Assembly: GCA_019828565.1 (NCBI GenBank)
Contig: JAHDYR010000067.1
Location: 340,244-404,243 of the forward strand
Source of the DNA: Carpediemonas membranifera BICM
Taxonomy: Eukaryota > Protista > Fornicata
Reading direction: 5' to 3'
Length of the DNA stretch: 64,000 nt
Shown: positions 1 through 12,110 of the stretch, in pieces
How positions within the stretch are numbered: position 1 is the first letter of the stretch
How the letters are laid out: the number at the start of each line of letters is the position of its first letter
Notes under the pieces: generated by a model
The model's database searches: none
What the model saw: the letters and a program-made list of their open reading frames with translations, nothing else
Told to the model about the DNA's origin: nothing
Translations under genes and position numbers: made by a program

Positions 1-83
1 TGCTGCACTTCAAGCGGCTGACGGGCGACACGTGGGTGTACAAGAACGTGTGCCAGAACCTCGCGGGGATGATGAGGCTGTAG
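1..83 (+). CDS. 3' end of a gene with a C-terminal KA1 domain (MARK/KIN1/MELK-type kinase), partial
   Basis: Frame from nt 3 reads LHFKRLTGDTWVYKNVCQNLAGMMRL*, resembling the KA1 terminus (xRxxGDxWxYK). Stop TAG at 81-83. Confidence 0.55.
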   Translation, partial: LHFKRLTGDTWVYKNVCQNLAGMMRL

Positions 84-466
84 TATTTGGTAAAAAATGA
101 ACAAACAACATGAACCCTACACAAATTCATGACAAATATCAACAGCAGACATTGGGGTTCACTACACATCCAAGCGCTACGAGGTCAACGGCATCGAGGA
201 GTGGTTAATCGTTTACTTTGGCTGCATGTGGGAGCATATCCTCGACACGACACCGCTCAAACGTGTGGATGGCCTGCATGGTTTTTCTGGAATGGTTGAG
301 GTTGAGAGGTGACAAGCTCCGGTTCCAGCGGTCATAGAAAATGGCTAAAAATGGGAGTGCTGTGCTCGACGCTTCGTTCTAGAGCCTGCCTGCTGCCCTG
401 AGAGGGTCATTCCGTCCCATGGTTGGTTTCGCAGTTTTGCCCCAAAAACCTTCGAGAAAGAACCCA

Positions 467-1154
467 ATGGCAACAGATTATGCGCGCCATTGGTATACAA
501 TGGCAGAAGTTGCTACACATAACACTCCAAGCGATTGCTATGTCACTATTTTTGGGAAAGTGCTGAATTTGACGACCCTTTTGTCCGAAAACCAGACAGC
601 AGACGTCAAGCTCCTCATTGAAAACGCTGGAAGTGACATTTCGCACTGGTTTGACCAGTTTTCAGGCACAGTTTGTATCTCCAATCTCCCTAACACAGCT
701 GAAGACGTACGTGGACCCCGCGTCCAACATTCGGACGTACCACCTTCCCATGGGGCCGCTGCTCCATGCCCCGCCCCTCCGACCCGGTACAGACATAGAC
801 ATGTCGTTTGCAGCCACCGGCCCATGGTGGAGGAACAAGAAGTACGTCATCGGCGAGTTGTCCAAGAAGACCCGCAAGATCAAGCTTGTTAATACACTCA
901 CTGGCCACGAGCATGTGCTGGAGGTGCCCTCTGAGGAGTCTGTGGGCGAGTCGATGACTAGGTACCTGGCGTTCAACAAGCACGCATTCTCATACGCGGC
1001 CAAACACGCGGGGAAGTTGATTGACCTTCAGAAGACTCTTGAGGATAACGGGGTTGTGGACGATGCGGCGGAGCTCGAGGAGCTGGGCATGAACCCCGAC
1101 GAGTATCTGCCCTGCATCCACCTGTACTGGATCGACGATCTGTCTGTAGCTTAA
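467..1154 (+). CDS. CYB5D1: Cytochrome b5 domain-containing protein 1 (flagellar radial-spoke associated); one intron at 671-698
   Basis: EVATHN..DCYVTIFGKVLNLT..AGSDISHWFD joins LKTYVDP..PWW..IGELSKKTRKIKLVNTLT..LEVPSEE..TLEDNGV..DDLS after removing a 28-nt GTTTGT..CTAACACAG intron. Confidence 0.85.
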
Positions 1155-1405
1155 ACTTTTACCGTAAATACTCGCCGAAGCTGTGTTTATTTGATCGCGT
1201 TCGAGTGATGGTGTCGGGTTGGGCTGTCATTGGACGCTTCACTCGACACTGCGACTCAGGTCGGGTTATGGCGAACAGCTGGCTCGCTGAGGGCTTCAGG
1301 TGGTGTATATGTGGCTAGAGCCGCTCTGCTGTCATTCTGTGCTGCAGAATCACTCATGACGTCACCAAACGTCAGCACGGCTAATCTGCGTGTTACCCGC
1401 AAGGC

Positions 1406-3922
1406 ATGGCTTATATCCGCAATCACGCGGGTCTATTTGTTATTATCGCATGCATCACTCTTTGTGCGTGCACTACGATCCATAGTATTGACATCGGGGA
1501 CCATTCTTTCAGGATTGGCTATGTTAAGGGCCGCGAGCTCGATATCGTCCTTAACGAGCAGTCAAAGCGTAGCACACGAAGCGTGGTCTCAATGAAGAAC
1601 GGAATCCTCTCAGTTGGCGACGTTGTAGCCTACAACCGCTTCCCGACGAGCGGGATGATTGATTTCGTTGCCGACGCCGTGGATCCCACCGGCCACAGTC
1701 CAGAGGTCTCGGTGGCCGGCCTCGGAGAGCTCACCAAGGTCCACTTCCTCGCGGCCCTGATGTCGAAGGCCTCAGACATCGCCCAGGACCAGGAAGGCAT
1801 GCCGTCTTGCCTCATCGCACCGGCCACCGCCACACCAGCTCAGCGAGGCGCTCTCACTGCTATTGCTGAGACAGCAGGCGTCACTGTCACCGGTGTTATC
1901 TCCGAGCCGCTCGCTGTGGCCGTAGCATACGCCATGAAGCGGGAGTTCCTCAAACCCGAGCATGTCACCGTGTTCACCGTGGGCCACAGCCACACCGCAC
2001 TCGCACTGGCCACCATTGTCGACCATGCATCGGCCCAAAACATCTCGGTCTCACACGCCGCGAGCATTCCTCTCGGTGGGCGTGACATCAATCAATTGAT
2101 TGCTGAATACATGTCTGAGGCTGCGGAGAAGCAGGGCATCGACACCTCTGTACCCAGGGTGGCCGCCCGGATCCAGGCTGAGGCGGCCTCCGCCAAGGAG
2201 AAGCTGACACTTATGTCGACGGTGACAATTGTGGTTGAAGCCATCAACGGCGAGGATGATCTGATCATCACACTTACTCGTGACCAACTTGTCACAATGA
2301 TGCAGCCGATGGTCGAGTCCATCACTGACTTTGTCACAACCTGGGCAGAGTCTGCGGTCGGCAAGAAAGCCGGTGTCAAGGCCGTCGCGGTCATCCCAGT
2401 AGGCGGGTCGGCCAGAGTGCCCGCGATCGCTGACTCGGTGACTGTGGCCCTTGAAAAGGTCTTTGCCTCGCGTAAGGTCAAGTGGTCGGGCCAGCTCGAC
2501 CGTTTTGTCAACGCTGAGGAGGCTGCAGCCATCGGCGGGGCTTTCTACTGCGCCTCCATCTCGCCGCTCGTTGTTGCCCGCAAGATCTACGCCAGCGACA
2601 TCTTCTCCTCCGGCCTCGACTTGACTTCATCCAACTCGACTCTAACTCTGGCCGCCGAGTCAGACCCGGCCGGCCAGAAGTTCTCTGCCGTCCTCCCGGA
2701 CACGGACTTCACACTTACCAACGTGCACGGCTCCACGCCCTGCCATGCGACGATCGACCAGAGCTCTCTCGAGAGACAGATCACCGCCTATGCGACACGC
2801 CAGTCGGTGAACGCCACCGAGGTCAATGTGACCACCACAGCCACGGTCAGCGGCCGCACGGCCCCGGACGGGGGTGTTACTGACCTCGACGTCTCCGTGG
2901 AGGCCAAGCTCACGCTCTCGGAGGAAGCCAAGGCGAACGCCACAGCTGTGTGGCGCATGGCTGCGGACGTCATCAGGGACATGAACGCGCAGGCTAAGGT
3001 CGAGTGGGACGCCGTGGAGCACGGGGAGAATGAAACCATGCCCGCACCGGCCAAGGTCCCCGCAAAGCCGTCGTTCCCGCTGAGACGCCACAAGATTCCG
3101 GCAACTGTCGCGTGTACCGGGCGTTGTGGTCCGACTTGGCCCGAGACACAGCTTGTTTCCGGCATTTCTGAGTTTTTGACGACTTTCCGGCAAGTAGGTG
3201 AGGCGCGAGAGAAACTCGACGCCGTTGCCAACGCGCTTGAAAACGCGGTGTATGCCGACAAGGATGAGATCTCAACCACCTTGTGCCCGACCGAGCTCGC
3301 CGTGTTCGAGGCCGCCCACGAGGCCGCTTCGGACGGCGTTGAGGCGCTCCTTGCCCTCCCGAAGTGCCCCGTCGACGGAATCCTCCAGTGCCTTCGGGAG
3401 CGGACCGAGGGCCAGCAGATGCTCCTGGACCAGCTAAACGCCGCCGCCGAGCCTGGTCGGAGTCGTAGGGCATCGCAGGCAAAGGTTGCCAAACGCGCAG
3501 TTTTTGCTCAGAATGATGTCCAGACGATCAATGAGACGACGACTACGATGATGGCAGATCTCGAGGCACACGAGGCCGAGTGCCACAACGACGGCAAGAA
3601 GGGCCTGCTCGCCAAGATCCGTAAGGGTACTCCATGCGACAGTGTCGGCCGGCAGCGGCGGATATACGACGAGATTGCTTCTGCGGTTCTTACGATCCAG
3701 ACTGAGATTGCCGACATCGAGGCCCAGGTGCACACGCCATCCGACATGTGTGGGAGTGACGACGTAGAGAAGCTCATGGGCATGGTCGAGAAGAGCATCA
3801 AGAAGGCGAGAAACAACATGAAGAGCTTGGAGAAGCTCGTTGACAGCTTCGCTGACGTGGCAGAGGAGGCAGAGAAGGAGCCTGTGAAGGAGGTCGAGGA
3901 TATGACGACGGATGAGCTATAA
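1406..3922 (+). CDS. ER Hsp70-superfamily chaperone, Grp170/HYOU1/Lhs1-like (divergent)
   Basis: Signal peptide; SIDIG, IVLNEQSKRST, ISEPLAVAVAYA, LGGRDIN, VGGSARVPAI, VNAEEAAAIGG and NALENAVY motifs; C-terminal TDEL retention signal. Confidence 0.8.
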   Translation: MAYIRNHAGLFVIIACITLCACTTIHSIDIGDHSFRIGYVKGRELDIVLNEQSKRSTRSVVSMKNGILSVGDVVAYNRFPTSGMIDFVADAVDPTGHSPEVSVAGLGELTKVHFLAALMSKASDIAQDQEGMPSCLIAPATATPAQRGALTAIAETAGVTVTGVISEPLAVAVAYAMKREFLKPEHVTVFTVGHSHTALALATIVDHASAQNISVSHAASIPLGGRDINQLIAEYMSEAAEKQGIDTSVPRVAARIQAEAASAKEKLTLMSTVTIVVEAINGEDDLIITLTRDQLVTMMQPMVESITDFVTTWAESAVGKKAGVKAVAVIPVGGSARVPAIADSVTVALEKVFASRKVKWSGQLDRFVNAEEAAAIGGAFYCASISPLVVARKIYASDIFSSGLDLTSSNSTLTLAAESDPAGQKFSAVLPDTDFTLTNVHGSTPCHATIDQSSLERQITAYATRQSVNATEVNVTTTATVSGRTAPDGGVTDLDVSVEAKLTLSEEAKANATAVWRMAADVIRDMNAQAKVEWDAVEHGENETMPAPAKVPAKPSFPLRRHKIPATVACTGRCGPTWPETQLVSGISEFLTTFRQVGEAREKLDAVANALENAVYADKDEISTTLCPTELAVFEAAHEAASDGVEALLALPKCPVDGILQCLRERTEGQQMLLDQLNAAAEPGRSRRASQAKVAKRAVFAQNDVQTINETTTTMMADLEAHEAECHNDGKKGLLAKIRKGTPCDSVGRQRRIYDEIASAVLTIQTEIADIEAQVHTPSDMCGSDDVEKLMGMVEKSIKKARNNMKSLEKLVDSFADVAEEAEKEPVKEVEDMTTDEL

Positions 3923-4405
3923 ATGATGCAGACGGGGATAGAACATGGCATGGAGAGGTAAGGAGAGAGATCGACAGTGGCTCTACTGGGATCGTGACTC
4001 ACGGTGACATGCTTTGCAGCTGGCGTCGGCGGGCGGGGAGTCTACAGCCAGTAGGGTAAGCACCGAACCGAGCGCTGGGAGCGATATATGCAGCGCCAGT
4101 TCCACACCAGCAGACATCACCAGGCCGACAGCAGGGTGCGACCCTCGAGTCATCGACATGAAAGTAGCGCAAGAAACAAAATGTTTGACAGTGTCTTCGC
4201 AGTGGGCGTTAGGCCTTCCTTTCCACTCAAGCCTTCCCTATTCTTTTCCAGTCTCGGGGTTGAGCTGGGAGGCGTGCAGACAATGATTGTAGAAGATTGT
4301 CTGTTACGGTAACAGATATTGGCTAGTGCTCACTGGAGCCATCCTATCAGCAGCATTAATGCGCTCAGATTATGGCGCTACATGATTTATATAACTGTGG
4401 GACAC

Positions 4406-5392
4406 TCACTGGCATCTCTTCAGACCCTGCCGCTGGGCCAGCCCCCGCACTTCTTTCAAAAACACACTATTCGCCCTCATGCAAAGCCTCCTAGGTCCAG
4501 GAGCAGCTATTATATTAAACTGCAGTAAATCAACAGCCCGGGCAAGAGACATCGGCAGGGTTGACCCCCCTGCCGTGGGCGGGGCCACCTGCATGGGCGC
4601 AGGCCGGGCCTCGACCCCCACTGCCCGGTCCCGGAGCACTTTTCGCTCGCGCTGGGTCAGGCCTGGGAAAGCTGTCCTGAGTTTTGTAATGAAAGCATCA
4701 AATGACCTCTCCTTGGTGACGCCGACGGGGTCGGTCTGCATGCGGTGCTCTAGCTCAGAAAGCTCGGCCAGGAGCTTAGTAGCGACCATTCCAGAGAGCA
4801 TAGAATCATCCCTTTCCTTCGTTCTCACGTATGCCACGAAATCGAGTATGTCTCGTGGTAATGAAGCCCTGAGCTCCTCCACGGCATACCCAGGCAGGAG
4901 GGAGCGGTATGCAGCTACAGTCTCTATCAGCTCGGCCTGTGTATCCAAGACCTGCTGCCGTATAGCGGCCGATATGAGGTAGATCTCGCTGCCCTCCATG
5001 TTGTACCGCATGGCGTTGTCTGGGACGAGGAGCGCGTCAGAGATAAACTGCTCAACGGTGCTGTAGTGGTGGGCATCCACCTTATCAGCCATTGTCCCGA
5101 AGTCCATGGGGCGCTTGATGACTTGGAAGTACGCTGGCGCAATTTCTTCGGTGATCGGGCTCGAGAAGAGGCCGTACTGATCAGTCTCACGGAGACGGTC
5201 GAGTACGTTGTGAAAAGCTGCGTGGAGAGCTTCGATAGCCTCAGCTTCATTCGTGGGAACAGCTGGTGCATCCTCTTGCGCCTCCTCTTTCAATTTTGGT
5301 GTATCGGGCGCCTTTTGTTCCTCTTTCTCGGCTGCAGTGGGACTTGCATCCAACTTCATGTGTCCATCAGCCTGGCGTTTGATTGTTATCAT
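4406..5392 (-). CDS. Bromodomain-containing protein (BRD7/9-like)
   Basis: LFSSPITEEIAPAYFQVIKRPMDFGTM..Y..F..D..L...NAMRYN..S.IY bromodomain signature. Confidence 0.8.
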   Translation of the reverse strand: MITIKRQADGHMKLDASPTAAEKEEQKAPDTPKLKEEAQEDAPAVPTNEAEAIEALHAAFHNVLDRLRETDQYGLFSSPITEEIAPAYFQVIKRPMDFGTMADKVDAHHYSTVEQFISDALLVPDNAMRYNMEGSEIYLISAAIRQQVLDTQAELIETVAAYRSLLPGYAVEELRASLPRDILDFVAYVRTKERDDSMLSGMVATKLLAELSELEHRMQTDPVGVTKERSFDAFITKLRTAFPGLTQRERKVLRDRAVGVEARPAPMQVAPPTAGGSTLPMSLARAVDLLQFNIIAAPGPRRLCMRANSVFLKEVRGLAQRQGLKRCQ

Positions 5393-5479
5393 CTGCTCCT
5401 CCCGCCCAGCGTCATAAACTGCACGTCGCCGTACCCTCCAGGACGCCGCAAGAGCGGTGAAACATCTTTATAAAACCGT

Positions 5480-6150
5480 CTAATCCTGCTTGAGCTCAAA
5501 CGTCGTCTCCTCGGGCGCCTGACCCCGCCGCAACACGTGGATCTTCACGAAGTCACCTGTGTGGATGTCCCTCTCACCCGCACTCGTGATGGCGTCCTTG
5601 ACAAGTCCGAGGGCTTCGTCGAACGGGATGGGTGTCTTGCGGCCCTTCATCTGGCTGTCGAGCAGAGGGAACATCAGGCTCGCCGCTGAGCCGGCGCATG
5701 AGCACTTGTACTCCTGGAAGTTCCCTACAGCGTCGTATTCGAAGATTCCCGTTGTGCCGTCAGGTTTGATGCCACCAACAATGTTGAACGTGTAGTAGGG
5801 GAAGAATCGCCGGCCGTAGAGGGTGTTGCCGAGGTACTGGGAGAACGCGCTGAGGCTGATGTCCGCGCCGGTGTCCTGCTTGAACTGCTTCGAGTGCAGA
5901 AGAAGGTTCTTCTGGAGCGTGAATATGTCGGCTTGCATGCCAGCTGAGGCAATGAATATGTTGTCAGTGCTGTGTAATGGTGTTATACGTGAATAACATA
6001 CATCTTTGCTACCTTAGAGACGTTCCTTGAGGCAATGCAGTACGAATTCTGTGTGAGGCGCGTATCGCCAGCAATTATGACGAAATCTTCGCCAGCAACA
6101 GCTATTACGGTGCCACCGTTATCAGTGTATGGTTCAAACTGCGAGGACAT
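5480..6150 (-). CDS. PSMB1: 20S proteasome beta subunit (beta6/PSMB1/Pre7 type); one intron at 5970-6001
   Basis: FEPYTDNGGTVIAVAGEDF..DTRL joins ITDNIFIASAGMQAD..LYGRRFFPYY..YDAVG..ERDIHTGD after removing a 32-nt GTATGT..TTACACAG intron. Confidence 0.9.
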
Positions 6151-6410
6151 GCTTCCTGCTCTGTATTCAATGATGCTGCAAAATGACATCTCATCAGTTG
6201 ATCGGCGGAGTCGGCACAGTCGACCGATCAACGCGGGGCAAAGTCACTGGTGAGTCAGTCCACAACGTTAGGACGGTTTTCTCCATTTCAGCCAGCGGAG
6301 TCTGCCCCTGACCAGACGCCTTCTCTCTCCGACTGTGGTTCGACCCTGCACGGCCACCTTTTCGTCCGGAATCGCCCAGTTTACGAGTATAATATCATGT
6401 AACAGCACCG

Positions 6411-7283
6411 TCACTCCGCCCCCGGGTTGGCGTGCTGCACCTTGGGCAGGTCCAGCATAACCTGCACCGTGCTGGGCCGCCCCTCCCTCGTGTTCGGACG
6501 GAGGCGGGTTGACCCTCCAGGCACACGCCTCGGAGGCGACCTGGGACCCGGCCTGACCACTACTTGCCCCACACGCTGAATTGTCATCACGTCTGCAAGG
6601 TCGTTGCCTTCAAGATAGGCTCTCAGTGCGGCCAACGCAGTTCGTCCGAGGGCTGCAGCCTGCGGTGCTGTGTGGATCTTCCTAGCCGTGGAGGGCTGCA
6701 TGGTTCCCGCGGTCGAGGGTCTTGACAGGCTTGTGGCCACAGGAACTGGGCCGCCCCGCGGTGTTGTCAGGGGCGACCCGACCACGCTCCCCTCGAACTG
6801 CCGGCCCGTCTTACCAGTACTAGGGCGCTCGATCGCATCAGCTACACGCATGTGCGGGGGCAAATGCTTCCTCTTCCGCCGCCGGGGGGGGGAGGGCGGC
6901 GGCGACTCGGGCACGTCGCCGTTACCGATGCAGCGGCAGTCCGTTGAGGTGTAGCTCCAGGCAGTGCTGAACGACATGGAGGAGACCCCGTCGACTTCGC
7001 TCACGTAGTAGTGCTGAAGGCCAGTTCTGTTGTGAAGGACGAGGCGGCTGAGCTGGTCGGCAACAGCGCGGGCCTTGTCGATGTTCTTCTCGGGCATCGT
7101 CGCCTTGAAGGTGGTGAAGTTCGGTGGCTTGTGCGCTACAGCTGCACTGTTCCGAAGCATGGTAGAAGCGAGGCTCGAAGACGTTTCGTTGCCACGCACT
7201 TCCTGCTCAAGGGCCATTGCCGACATATTCACCATAGTATCTGCCATTCGTTCTAATGCCGCCAGCTCCGGATCATGCTTCAT
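6411..7283 (-). CDS. Hypothetical Pro/Arg/Ser-rich protein
   Basis: 290-aa ATG ORF filling the intergenic space; no family recognised. Confidence 0.5.
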   Translation of the reverse strand: MKHDPELAALERMADTMVNMSAMALEQEVRGNETSSSLASTMLRNSAAVAHKPPNFTTFKATMPEKNIDKARAVADQLSRLVLHNRTGLQHYYVSEVDGVSSMSFSTAWSYTSTDCRCIGNGDVPESPPPSPPRRRKRKHLPPHMRVADAIERPSTGKTGRQFEGSVVGSPLTTPRGGPVPVATSLSRPSTAGTMQPSTARKIHTAPQAAALGRTALAALRAYLEGNDLADVMTIQRVGQVVVRPGPRSPPRRVPGGSTRLRPNTREGRPSTVQVMLDLPKVQHANPGAE

Positions 7284-7599
7284 CTCCTTCGAAGCAGGGG
7301 GCGGTCTGGCGTTTTGTTCGGTGCAGATTATGTCACAGCGATTGTAGCGTTTAGAGGTGTTTACTGGGGTTTAGACTCAACAATTGTGTGCTTGGGGGAT
7401 GTGTGATATCACTGCTTGGTCACGCTACGTCTTTTACACTGATTGTGCGGGTCAACCTCACCGGGCGGCACAGCGGGATTTTGAGGAAAACGAAAGGGCG
7501 GACTCAACGGCACATGCACGTAAGCTCCCTATGTCCTTCGAACGGGCTTGATGTTTGCGTGATCATACCGAATCTGGACTCAGCGATCAGGAGACGAGA

Positions 7600-8301
7600 A
7601 TGAACAAAACAAAGGTTCGTCTCTGCAGTTACGCAACGGCATACGACACCTTTGAGGAGACGTTCTTCCTTGGTGCTCCAATTCTCCTCCGCTATGCCAA
7701 GGATAATCTGATTGAGCACCAAAGCAAGCTTCCCAACGTAATATCGATCGTTGAGCGACTTTCTCCCTCATTAGTTACAGCTCAGAACGAGTTCATGCGC
7801 TGCGTCACCACGCTTCATGGCGCCATCCTCTCGTGCATGGACGAATTACTAGTCGCCGTCACAACCTTGAATATCGACGCCCCACCGTCCCCTTCAGCCA
7901 CGAAAGCCGCCACTACCGGAGTAGTACGCCTCCCACGGAGTATAGAGCAAAACGTGCGTGTCGTGGAGTCGACACTCTCCCGTATTGCACTCGCCCTCAT
8001 CCGGCTCTACTGGGCATGCGCTGACACAGTCTACGCGGGCGCAGCGATAGTTCAGACGCACAAGACCCGCGGCTCGTGGATCTCCTCCATCCACGTCAAC
8101 CGGGCGGTGGTAGACCCGGTCTTGCTGGTTACTAGACTCGCACTGGACCTCGCCGAGTCATGCAAGGAGTTCCTCGTCGCTATAGCGAAGAAGGACGGGC
8201 ATAAGGTGCTCCACAGAGTGAGGGTGGCCGTGTTCAAGCAGCATAAGGCCGCCATCCACCAGGTCGAGAGCAGCCTCAGAGCCATGGAGGGGGAGGTCTG
8301 A
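7600..8301 (+). CDS. Hypothetical helical protein
   Basis: Open frame from the ATG at 7600 with helical-looking composition; no family recognised. Confidence 0.5.
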   Translation: MNKTKVRLCSYATAYDTFEETFFLGAPILLRYAKDNLIEHQSKLPNVISIVERLSPSLVTAQNEFMRCVTTLHGAILSCMDELLVAVTTLNIDAPPSPSATKAATTGVVRLPRSIEQNVRVVESTLSRIALALIRLYWACADTVYAGAAIVQTHKTRGSWISSIHVNRAVVDPVLLVTRLALDLAESCKEFLVAIAKKDGHKVLHRVRVAVFKQHKAAIHQVESSLRAMEGEV

Positions 8302-8479
8302 GCGTAGGCGGATATGTATTAGGCAGTAAGTGGTAAATTCGCTAGGTTTAACGTGCATCCCAGCCTCTATTCTTCAACATGCGTCCCTTTTGAGCTCGGA
8401 GACAATTGTGGTTTTGCCAGATTTGCGCACACAGCTATCGCTTGTTAAGCTCTTTTCCCATCCCGATAGTAACTAACTA

Positions 8480-9475
8480 ATGGCAAAGAAGACAGTACAC
8501 GAGCTCCCTAGCGAAGAGATAAGCCCGTGCCTCATCGAGACGGTATCATACATCAAGCGCCGTGCTCTCGACGTTGAAGGCATCTTCCGCATCCCCGGTC
8601 CTGGCAGTGAAGTTCAGAAGCTCTACAAGCAATACCAGAACGGTAAGCGCCCCGACCTGGAAAAGATTAAGGACGCCGCCACAGTGTGCTCTCTCCTGAA
8701 GCTGTATCTCCGCGAGCTCCCTGAACCCATTACTACTTTCGAGCTCTACGACTGCTTCAAGGCCATCTACGAGATCAACAAGGACGAAACCATGCGCGTG
8801 AATACTCTTCACAACATCATCACGGAGATCCTCCCGCCACGGCAATCCAAGGAGTTCAGCCTCATTCTTGAGATGCTCCACGAGGTCTCCAACCACTCTG
8901 CGGCCAACAAGATGACTGCTGCCAACCTGGCCATTGTCTTTGGCCCCAACCTCCTCCGCTCCCCGTCACAGGACCCACAGACTCAGTTCGCCGACCTCAA
9001 CATGGCCACGGGCATCGTACGCTTCCTCATCGAGCACTGGCCGCAAGTGGTGGGCACACAGAAGCCCCCGCTCCCGTCCCTTCCACCGACTAGACGGACT
9101 AAGCCCCTGCCCGAAATCCCGGTCGAAGAACCGGAGGACGAGGCCGAGGACGAGGAGAAGAAGGAAGAGGAGCGCCAGGCCGTGCGTGCCCGTGCCAAGG
9201 ACCTCCTCCTGGCGCTGTACATCAACAAGCGGACAATCGACGACTACAGCGCCCTGGCGGAGCAGTTGGTGTACCAGAACGGCGATCACAGCGATATTAT
9301 AGCACACGAGGCCATGTATGCGGCTATTGAGGAGGCCAGCATCTTTGTAGGGAAGCTTGACCGGAAGCTGAAGAACATCGCCAAGACGGCCGGGCTGAAC
9401 CCCATTTTCATGAGCTTGAGGCCTGCGGAAGAAGGCTACGACGCTGGATCTCTCGAGGTTGAGCCAAACGTGTAA
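8480..9475 (+). CDS. RhoGAP domain protein
   Basis: EGIFRIPG arginine finger, LLKLYLRELPEP, NKMTAANLAIVFGPNLL. Confidence 0.92.
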   Translation: MAKKTVHELPSEEISPCLIETVSYIKRRALDVEGIFRIPGPGSEVQKLYKQYQNGKRPDLEKIKDAATVCSLLKLYLRELPEPITTFELYDCFKAIYEINKDETMRVNTLHNIITEILPPRQSKEFSLILEMLHEVSNHSAANKMTAANLAIVFGPNLLRSPSQDPQTQFADLNMATGIVRFLIEHWPQVVGTQKPPLPSLPPTRRTKPLPEIPVEEPEDEAEDEEKKEEERQAVRARAKDLLLALYINKRTIDDYSALAEQLVYQNGDHSDIIAHEAMYAAIEEASIFVGKLDRKLKNIAKTAGLNPIFMSLRPAEEGYDAGSLEVEPNV

Positions 9476-10123
9476 AGTTAACGAAGATTCCCTGAAAGTA
9501 AGTGTGAGATCTTTTGACATCAGAGGACTGGAAAGAGGTGGATTCGAAAGAAAAAGATGGGGCTCCCCGACAGTCTACTAGTGCCCCCGGTTCATGTATT
9601 TTACGTGGCTGAGCGACTGCTTGATTGTGCTTTGTCGGATCGGAGCGAGATCGATCTGCTGACGGCCCGACTGCAAATGGCGCAGGCAGAAGCCAACGGA
9701 ATACAAGGTTACATGGAGCATGACTTGGTAAGATGATGAAAGAGTTGTTAATATGACAAGATCTCTTGAATGAGAAAGAATGGAGGAAGCGTCGACAAGT
9801 TCTACTTTTTGTCGCATTTTCTGCCATACGGCTGATCCCTCTCTTGGTCAACGAGCTCTATTAGCCCATATTGTTATTCTACACCTGCTTATTGTATTTA
9901 TTTGCTCGTTCACTTCTTCAATACCGAGATCCAGACCAGCTTTTGGTATCGTATTTGTCAGCCGGCGGTCTAAAAAATTTGACCTCTGCTGGGCCGTTTG
10001 GAGCCGTAAGAAAGTCGACAGACACAACCAGAAGGGTCCTGGACCCCGCCAATAACCTTGATTCTCTCAAGCGATCTAACAAATCAGGTGCACGTTTACC
10101 CCAAGAATCCTCTTCAAGTCCTA

Positions 10124-12110
10124 ATGACGGAGCACGCCAGCGCGATTACTCCACGCTCGCATGCGACGGAACAAGCAAACATTCACGTTGACGCCATAAG
10201 ACCTCGTTCGTTGTCTCGTTTCTCTGCTCCCCGCACACCAAGAGCTCGTTCTGCTTCCAGAGCTTCTCGCGGTGAATCCCATATGTCCAACCTCATGTCT
10301 TATGCTTCAAAGTCCAGTTTTGCCGACGACAACAGCTTTATTGTCTATCGCTGGTGGAAGGCTTTGGAACAACTCGCTGTGTTCCAGCTCGTTTGTCTCC
10401 CTTCTCCGCCTCACACAGCACACAGAGTTCTACGCCATCCTCGTCGGCCTTCCCACCATCCTCTGGGTTGCCTTCCAGGCCCTGTCTCAGGCCAAGATTT
10501 TTGAGGAAGACTTCAACAAGTGGCATTGGTACAACATTCTCTTCTACACCATTGACAGCTCCATCATCAACTCCTACCTCCTCCCCTACTGCTTCTACCC
10601 AATCCTCCTGGCCTATTTCAGCAAGCGCGTGCTCAAGCTCGCCATCCCCTGGGCGGTTTTCGTCGTGATCATCGCCACGTGGTCAACACTCGCTTCCGCC
10701 CTCCTCCGCCGCTGGGTCCCCCTCGAAACCCTCCTCGTGCCCCTGTACCTGGGCGCCATTATCTACCTCTTCTTCCTGGCCTTCATGTCTTCCCGCCTAC
10801 ACCTACTCAAGTGGTGGAAGGTCATCTTCTGGTACTTCCCCTTCCTCTTCTCCCTCTTCCTCATCGATGTCGTCATCATTGGCGTGTACTTCCAGTATCC
10901 CCAGACGGATAACTCCTTTGAGGCCCAGTCGGTTCGTCTGCTGATTCGTGTCGTCGTCGTGCCCATCTTCACAGCCCTGTTTACGTTCACGGGCCGTGTT
11001 GTCGCCATCTACATGGACGACATCCCTAACAACCAGCGTCTCGCCACCACTGTTGCCATGGTCGCCTTCCGCTCCATGATTGGCCGCGTCCTCGTCGCCA
11101 ACGCCGGCTCATACACCTCCACGTTCACCATGCTGACCATCACCATGGTCACCGACACCGCAATGCGTCTCACCTCTCTATGGCGCGACTTTATCATGCT
11201 CCAGGCCCTTTACTTCATCTTTGTGTGGCCAGTGGAGAAGGTCAAGGGCGCCGTCCGGTCATCCCGCACGAGACACCATGCCACGATCTACCCCGCGTAC
11301 ACCCACCCCGCCGACGAGACCTCTGACGAGGAGTCAACCGCCGAGGAGGGCGAGACATTTACTACCACTGTCACCCGGGACCCCGACTCCCCCGAGATTG
11401 GCCAGGACCCGGACTCGCCGCCCCTCCCCGCCATGACGGTCACCGTCACCCACCCCGACTCCCCCGAGATCCACACGGCCAAGGCGGAGAACGCTGTCCG
11501 CCACCGCGAGTCGACGTACGAGGGGTCAACCAGCTCCGAGGAGTCGCCGGACGAGCTGCCCGCCGACGAGCCGTCACACGCACCCCGCCACGAGTCGGAC
11601 GCAGAGCTCGGCTTCCCCCTGCCGGGCCATGACGAGATTGAGATCGACAACGTTTCCAATGTCGCCTCTCAGCTGTCTTTCCAGCTCTCGGCGAACAGGG
11701 TCTACGAGTTCGAGCAGGATGAGATCGCGCACTCCAAGGAGGTTGATCTCTACCAGCTGTACACCGGCTTCATTACGAACGAGAGTATCATGGACTCCAG
11801 CTGCATCATCAGCGTCACGTTCATCACTTTTGGCTACAACCTTATCTTCGGCGGCGGAAACCAAAACGACCTCGTCCACGCCGCCATCGTATGCGCCATG
11901 CAGGTCATCTTTGCTGTGCTCACGGACGCCTTCACCATCCTCGTCTGGGCCCTCCCCCAGCTGGTTAAGGGCCGCAAGCCCGTGTTCCTGACTGTCTGGC
12001 ACTCCCGGGCCCACAACATCCTGGCACATCTGTTCCTGGCGAATGTATGCGCGGTGTTGTTCTTCACGTACCGGGTGTTCCTTGCTTTGAATGGGACGTG
12101 GCATAAGTAA
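10124..12110 (+). CDS. Multi-pass membrane protein with a large acidic/Pro-rich loop; one intron at 10391-10418 (start uncertain)
   Basis: Many hydrophobic segments. A 28-nt GTTTGT..CTCACACAG intron joins ..EQLAVFQL to HTEFYAIL.. in frame. Internal PDSPEI repeats. Confidence 0.65.
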
